NCBI GenBank assembly: GCA_021846685.1
Contig: JAJZWL010000006.1
Span: forward strand, 1 to 60,003
Length of the DNA stretch: 60,003 nucleotides
DNA from: a bacterium
GTDB taxonomy: Bacteria > Patescibacteriota > Dojkabacteria > JAKAPS01 > JAJZLI01
Direction of reading: 5' to 3'
The translations under genes and the position numbers were made by a program. Positions 56,045 through 60,003 of the stretch are shown here, one piece after another (position 1 is the first letter of the stretch; every line of letters begins with the position of its first letter). The notes beneath the pieces are model-generated. The model did not search any database, was not told the origin of the DNA, and was given only the letters and a program-made list of their open reading frames with translations.

Positions 56045-57592
56045 ATGAAAATTATACTTAAAATAACCTTGTTTTTTGTCTTAGGGCTTATTGTATTAAT
56101 GCTTCTATTTTCAGTGATATACCCTTTTTTTAACCCGACATCTAGCCTTCAGATAATAAATTTTGCAGGAAATAACCCAAATGAATATCTAAATTTAAAA
56201 AAACCAGCTGCATCAACTACAATTTATGCATCCAATAATGAAGTTATAGGAAAAATATACAATTCTGAAGAAGCCGCTTATCAATACTTAAAAAATCCTG
56301 CTCAATATAAAGGAAAATCTATTCTTTATCACCTGATAAATATACCTCCTTATTCTTCTAATACTAATGTTTTATATTTGGCTACACAAGTTAAATCTTA
56401 TTTCCTTAAATTACTCAAAAATAATAATGTAATATCAAAGTCAAATTATACTCAAGCAATAAACAATTTTGATACTCCATATTTCCAAGTTCTTCATACT
56501 CCATATTTTACTGAATATACTATGAATAAACTTATAGCAAATTATGACAAATATGTTATATCCGGTGGATTAAAAGTATATACTACTGTATCTCCTCAAT
56601 GGAATACAATTGCACAAAATATAGTAACTCAAGATATATCTCAATATATAGTTCCCGTTGGAGGATCTTCAGCTGCTTTTGTTGCAGATAACCCTCAAAC
56701 AGGAGCTATTATAGCAATGATTGGTGGAGGAAGTTACTCACAACAACAAATTAATATGGCAGATGTTCCTGAACAACAAGGTTCCGCTATGAAACCTTTA
56801 ATATATATTAAAGCATTTGAAATGGGATACTCTCCTAAAACGCTAATAGATGATGCTCCTGTGTGTTATGGATCAGGACCAAGTGCATATTGCCCTACTG
56901 ATTATGAAGGATATACTGTAGGTTGGGTTAGCATTGACAGAGCAATTAACCAATCTATTAATATTCCTGCTATAAAGATGCTTGCAAGAATAGGTTATCA
57001 AAATGGATTAAATACACTTGAATCAGAAGGAATTAAACTTAATCCTAAAATATTCTATGGATTACCGTTAGTACTAGGTGCAGCTGGAATTCCTGTAGTT
57101 AGAATGGTTGGCGCATATAATGCATTAAACAATGGTGGATACTATGCTCAATCAACACCTTTCCAAAAAATTACATATAACGGAAAAACGATATTTGATC
57201 TTAGTAAAGTGACACATGCAAGAATACTCAATGCAAATGATGTTGCTGAAATGGATCATGTACTTGGTAATACCGCTCTAAAAGCTCCTTTATATGGGCC
57301 TTATACATATTATTACTCAATACAAGGTAGACCTTATGGATCAAAAGATGGAACTACTAATGGACCAAGAGGCATTACTGATTATGAATTCATTCCACAA
57401 ATAACTGTTGGAGTATGGGCAGGAAATGTTAATAATTCTTTAATGGGACAGAATGCAGTTGGTGCATTTCAAACAGGACCTATAGCTCACTCATTTATCA
57501 TGGATTATATTAAACAAAATAATCTACCTGTAGTGAATTATCCATCATATACATATCCTACATTAAATTCTCAAACTTCAACTATACCTTAA
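56045..57592 (+). CDS. Penicillin-binding protein, class-A-derived transpeptidase lacking the GT51 core (paralog 2)
   Basis: Same architecture, with SAMK, SIN and KDG boxes. It is roughly 70-75% identical by eye to 54239-55789. Confidence 0.8.
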   Translation: MKIILKITLFFVLGLIVLMLLFSVIYPFFNPTSSLQIINFAGNNPNEYLNLKKPAASTTIYASNNEVIGKIYNSEEAAYQYLKNPAQYKGKSILYHLINIPPYSSNTNVLYLATQVKSYFLKLLKNNNVISKSNYTQAINNFDTPYFQVLHTPYFTEYTMNKLIANYDKYVISGGLKVYTTVSPQWNTIAQNIVTQDISQYIVPVGGSSAAFVADNPQTGAIIAMIGGGSYSQQQINMADVPEQQGSAMKPLIYIKAFEMGYSPKTLIDDAPVCYGSGPSAYCPTDYEGYTVGWVSIDRAINQSINIPAIKMLARIGYQNGLNTLESEGIKLNPKIFYGLPLVLGAAGIPVVRMVGAYNALNNGGYYAQSTPFQKITYNGKTIFDLSKVTHARILNANDVAEMDHVLGNTALKAPLYGPYTYYYSIQGRPYGSKDGTTNGPRGITDYEFIPQITVGVWAGNVNNSLMGQNAVGAFQTGPIAHSFIMDYIKQNNLPVVNYPSYTYPTLNSQTSTIP

Positions 57593-57596
57593 AATT

Positions 57597-58199
57597 ATGG
57601 ACAATATAACACCAAGAACTTTCGTTTTTATTGACGGAGAAAATATTAGAAATTCTGTAGAAAGTTATGGATATAAAGATCTAGATTATGCAAAATTATA
57701 CTCTTGGTTCAAAGAGAAAAAAAATGCAAATAGAATCTATATCTACGTTGGAATAGAGAATGGGGATACTAAAAAAGAAGAACAATTTGCAGAACTAAAG
57801 GCACTAGGATATACAGTATCTGCAAAAAAAGTAATGCTCTACAAACAAAAACCTCTTACATATAAAATAGAATGTACAAATTGCCATACAATAAATCAAA
57901 AAATAATTACAAGAAATAGTAAATTAAAAGCTAATTGCGACACAGAATTAACCTTAGACATAATAAATGGGGGAGTTAGGAAAAAATATGATAAAATTAT
58001 TGTTTTTTCAGGAGATGGAGATTTTTCTATTGTATATGAATATGTAGTAAATGAACTGAAAAAAGAAGTTACGGTATATACACCACTTGGATATCCACAG
58101 AGTACAAGAACATCTTCTAAAATAAAGGAAATGCATAAAGATAAAATTATAGAACTTGAAGATCTAGGCTCATTACTACTTCATTATGGAATAAAATAG
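57597..58199 (+). CDS. NYN (LabA-like) domain protein with a CxxC-containing insertion
   Basis: FVFIDGENIRNS, KANCDTELTLD and FSGDGDF. An extra segment, YKIECTNCHTINQKIITRNS, is present relative to 669-1181. Confidence 0.75.
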   Translation: MDNITPRTFVFIDGENIRNSVESYGYKDLDYAKLYSWFKEKKNANRIYIYVGIENGDTKKEEQFAELKALGYTVSAKKVMLYKQKPLTYKIECTNCHTINQKIITRNSKLKANCDTELTLDIINGGVRKKYDKIIVFSGDGDFSIVYEYVVNELKKEVTVYTPLGYPQSTRTSSKIKEMHKDKIIELEDLGSLLLHYGIK

Positions 58200-58202
58200 A
58201 TC

Positions 58203-58234
58203 AAAAAAAAGAGACCCCCCAAAGGCGATCTCTT
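58203..58234 (-). terminator. Candidate intrinsic terminator of the GH13 gene
   Basis: A hairpin (aagaga...tctctt, 58209-58234) with a G+C-rich interior is followed on the minus strand by T8 (58203-58210). It lies between convergent genes. Confidence 0.5.
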
Positions 58235-58306
58235 AGAATGATTTATATTATTGTACTATATTATAAATTAAAAAGTCAATCAATATAGTATATTCAAAAT
58301 ACTACA

Positions 58307-59782
58307 TTAAACTAACTCTTCAAAAAAAAGTATTCCAAACTCTTTAATAATTATTTTATGTGCCATTATAGTAATATTTCGCTTATAAATTATCCTTCCT
58401 TTATTCTCAATTTCTACATCTACTTTTTGAAGATTAAATAAAAAAACTAGATTATTTTTTTTAAATGAAAGCAAAGGTGTTTTTTCATTTATTTTAATAT
58501 CTGAATATACAATATCTACTATATATTCTTTACGCATTGATATAATAACACTCATTTCTTCAAATATCTCTGCTATATTTTCATTCCATAAAATTTTACC
58601 TCTTACTATCATCCTTCCATCAGTGTAATTTCTCTGATTTATTTCCTTTTGCCCTCTTTCATCTCCCATATATATAATAGGGGTTCCACTCAAGACCAGA
58701 AGTATAGCATATGCCAATATAACCTTATCAATATTATCATCAAACACACTTATTAATCGTTCTACTATCTCTCCTGAAAATATAACTTTACTATTATTGG
58801 AATTTAATTTTTTAAAATAAAGTATTCTTTCTTTTTTACTTAATGAATTCAATGATATTGAATCATGATTTCTTAAAAAATTTCCGAATTGATTTTCATT
58901 TATTATTCTTTCATATAAAGGAAGTTTCTTTTCTAGGTATTTTTTATCTTCTTCTTTTATACTTAAAAGTAATCTTGGCATAAGGTCAAAATTAAAACTC
59001 ATCTGATTGGATTTGAAAAAATTAAGTACAGTTTTAAGAGAATCTGGAACCTCTGTTATAAATATAACATCCTTATTTAATAAAGTTACTTTATCTTTAA
59101 GTTTCTTAATAATCTTAATACTCTCTTTGTAATTAGTATTATATTTACTATCTTTTATAAGAAAAGGTGCTGCATCTATTCTAAATCCAGAAACTCCAAT
59201 GTTTATATAAAACGATATTATCTCTAAAAATTCATTAAAGACTAAAGGATTTTTCCAATTTAAATCGGCTTGATATTTATAAAACTTATGAAAATAATAT
59301 TCATGTCTTTTCTTGCTATATTCCCAATTACTTGATTCTTCAGAATTAAAAAGTATATCATTATCATTAAATTTATCTATATTTTTTTCCCAAAGATAAT
59401 AATCTTTATATTTTCCTATATTTCTTTCTGACTGTTTAAACCAAGGATGTTCAAAAGATGTATGATTCATAACTAAATCTATTACAACTCTTATGTCATT
59501 ATCTTGTAAAGTTTTAACAAGGGTTTTAAATTGTTCTATATCACCTAATTCTTCTCTTATATTGTAATAATCTGTTATATCATATCCATAATCTTTCATA
59601 GTACTAGGGAAGAAAGGTAATATAAGAAGAGTATCTACTCCTAGTTTTTTTAAATAAGGAATCTTAGCTATTATTCCAGGTATATCTCCTATACCATCAT
59701 TATTACTATCATAAAATAGATTTATATAGAGCTCATACCAAATACCCTCTTTATACCAATATCTTTTTTTTGTACTATTCAA
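58307..59782 (-). CDS. GH13 alpha-amylase-family enzyme, trehalose synthase (TreS)-like
   Basis: DSNNDGIGDIPGII, VIDLVMNHTS, GFRIDAAPFL (nucleophile Asp), FITEVPD (acid/base Glu), FNFDLMPRLL and FLRNHDS. Confidence 0.85.
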   Translation of the reverse strand: MNSTKKRYWYKEGIWYELYINLFYDSNNDGIGDIPGIIAKIPYLKKLGVDTLLILPFFPSTMKDYGYDITDYYNIREELGDIEQFKTLVKTLQDNDIRVVIDLVMNHTSFEHPWFKQSERNIGKYKDYYLWEKNIDKFNDNDILFNSEESSNWEYSKKRHEYYFHKFYKYQADLNWKNPLVFNEFLEIISFYINIGVSGFRIDAAPFLIKDSKYNTNYKESIKIIKKLKDKVTLLNKDVIFITEVPDSLKTVLNFFKSNQMSFNFDLMPRLLLSIKEEDKKYLEKKLPLYERIINENQFGNFLRNHDSISLNSLSKKERILYFKKLNSNNSKVIFSGEIVERLISVFDDNIDKVILAYAILLVLSGTPIIYMGDERGQKEINQRNYTDGRMIVRGKILWNENIAEIFEEMSVIISMRKEYIVDIVYSDIKINEKTPLLSFKKNNLVFLFNLQKVDVEIENKGRIIYKRNITIMAHKIIIKEFGILFFEELV

Positions 59783-59806
59783 AATATTCCTTTAATAATA
59801 CAAAAT

Positions 59807-60003
59807 TTATTTTAATTTATATAATTGTCCTCCATCCTCACTTTTATATAAATAATAATGTTTATTTAAAAAAGTAAAAAACCCTGGAAAACTGAATCCA
59901 TCATTATAATACAATATAGCATAAGGATGATGTTTTTTTAAGGCATTTAGAGTTCTTGTTTTTATCTTATCTGAATAACCATAAAGAAAATCAGTAGTAT
60001 AGT
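59807..60003 (-). CDS. 3' end of an unidentified CDS running off the window
   Basis: The minus-strand frame is open from the window edge to a TAA at 59807-59809. It encodes ...YTTDFLYGYSDKIKTRTLNALKKHHPYAILYYNDGFSFPGFFTFLNKHYYLYKSEDGGQLYKLK and lies upstream of, and co-oriented with, the TreS-like gene. Confidence 0.35.
   Translation of the reverse strand, partial: YTTDFLYGYSDKIKTRTLNALKKHHPYAILYYNDGFSFPGFFTFLNKHYYLYKSEDGGQLYKLK

Noticed and set aside
1-60003. I looked for CRISPR arrays, rRNA or tRNA genes, transposases, integrases and phage structural genes.
   Set aside because: I saw no regularly spaced direct repeats. No G+C-rich ~75-nt cloverleaf candidates stand out in this AT-rich background, no rRNA-like conserved blocks appear, and no ORF has DDE, tyrosine-recombinase or serine-recombinase motifs. 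A tRNAscan/Infernal run would be needed to be certain.

Overview
This is a very AT-rich window (by eye about 25-30% G+C) that is gene-dense, with about 70 credible CDS. It uses the standard code, because several genes end in TGA. All calls come from motif recognition by eye; no similarity search was run.

I found no rRNA, tRNA, CRISPR array, transposase or integrase. The gene content fits a small-genome uncultured bacterium, possibly Patescibacteria/CPR-like. That placement is an inference from many short membrane-anchored proteins, a Gram-positive-type minimal T4SS module and sparse biosynthesis.

Main blocks, in order:
- 1-3450: accessory islet with RelB/RelE, NYN, HicB/HicA, a CYTH protein and a Pol-beta nucleotidyltransferase, punctuated by repeated intergenic motifs.
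- 3580-4900: SAM-I riboswitch with terminator, controlling metK.
- 5102-11510: NERD protein, aldo/keto reductase, and two isochorismatase-family paralogs flanking an AT-rich insert that carries orphan genes.
- 11585-16458, plus 30309-31601: an array of membrane-anchored beta-propeller proteins, including one recent tandem duplicate.
- 17822-24004: a MacAB/HlyD-type efflux operon, divergent from a stand-alone C39 peptidase plus ABC exporter.
- About 25690-26490: a small patch of higher G+C with a 140-bp tandem duplication.
- 34231-37859: VirB2/VirB6/VirB3/VirB4-like module. The VirB4 homologue is interrupted by a single in-frame TAA.
- 39028-42914: HxlR, FMN reductase, Ni-superoxide dismutase (sodN) with its protease (sodX), and two LLM-class oxidoreductases.
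- 44904-46049: a triple-YbjQ fusion protein.
- 50536-58199: a Trm9/ALKBH8-like methyltransferase divergent from bacterial Elp3 (17 nt between start codons), followed by xseAB, two tandem class-A-derived PBPs and a second NYN protein. The PBPs lack the glycosyltransferase module and carry KDG in place of KTG.
- 58307-59782: a TreS-like GH13 enzyme.

Best candidates for something new are the Elp3/Trm9-like pair, the minimal T4SS-like module with a split VirB4, the truncated KDG PBP pair, the propeller array, and the split peptidase/ABC exporter with no visible substrate.
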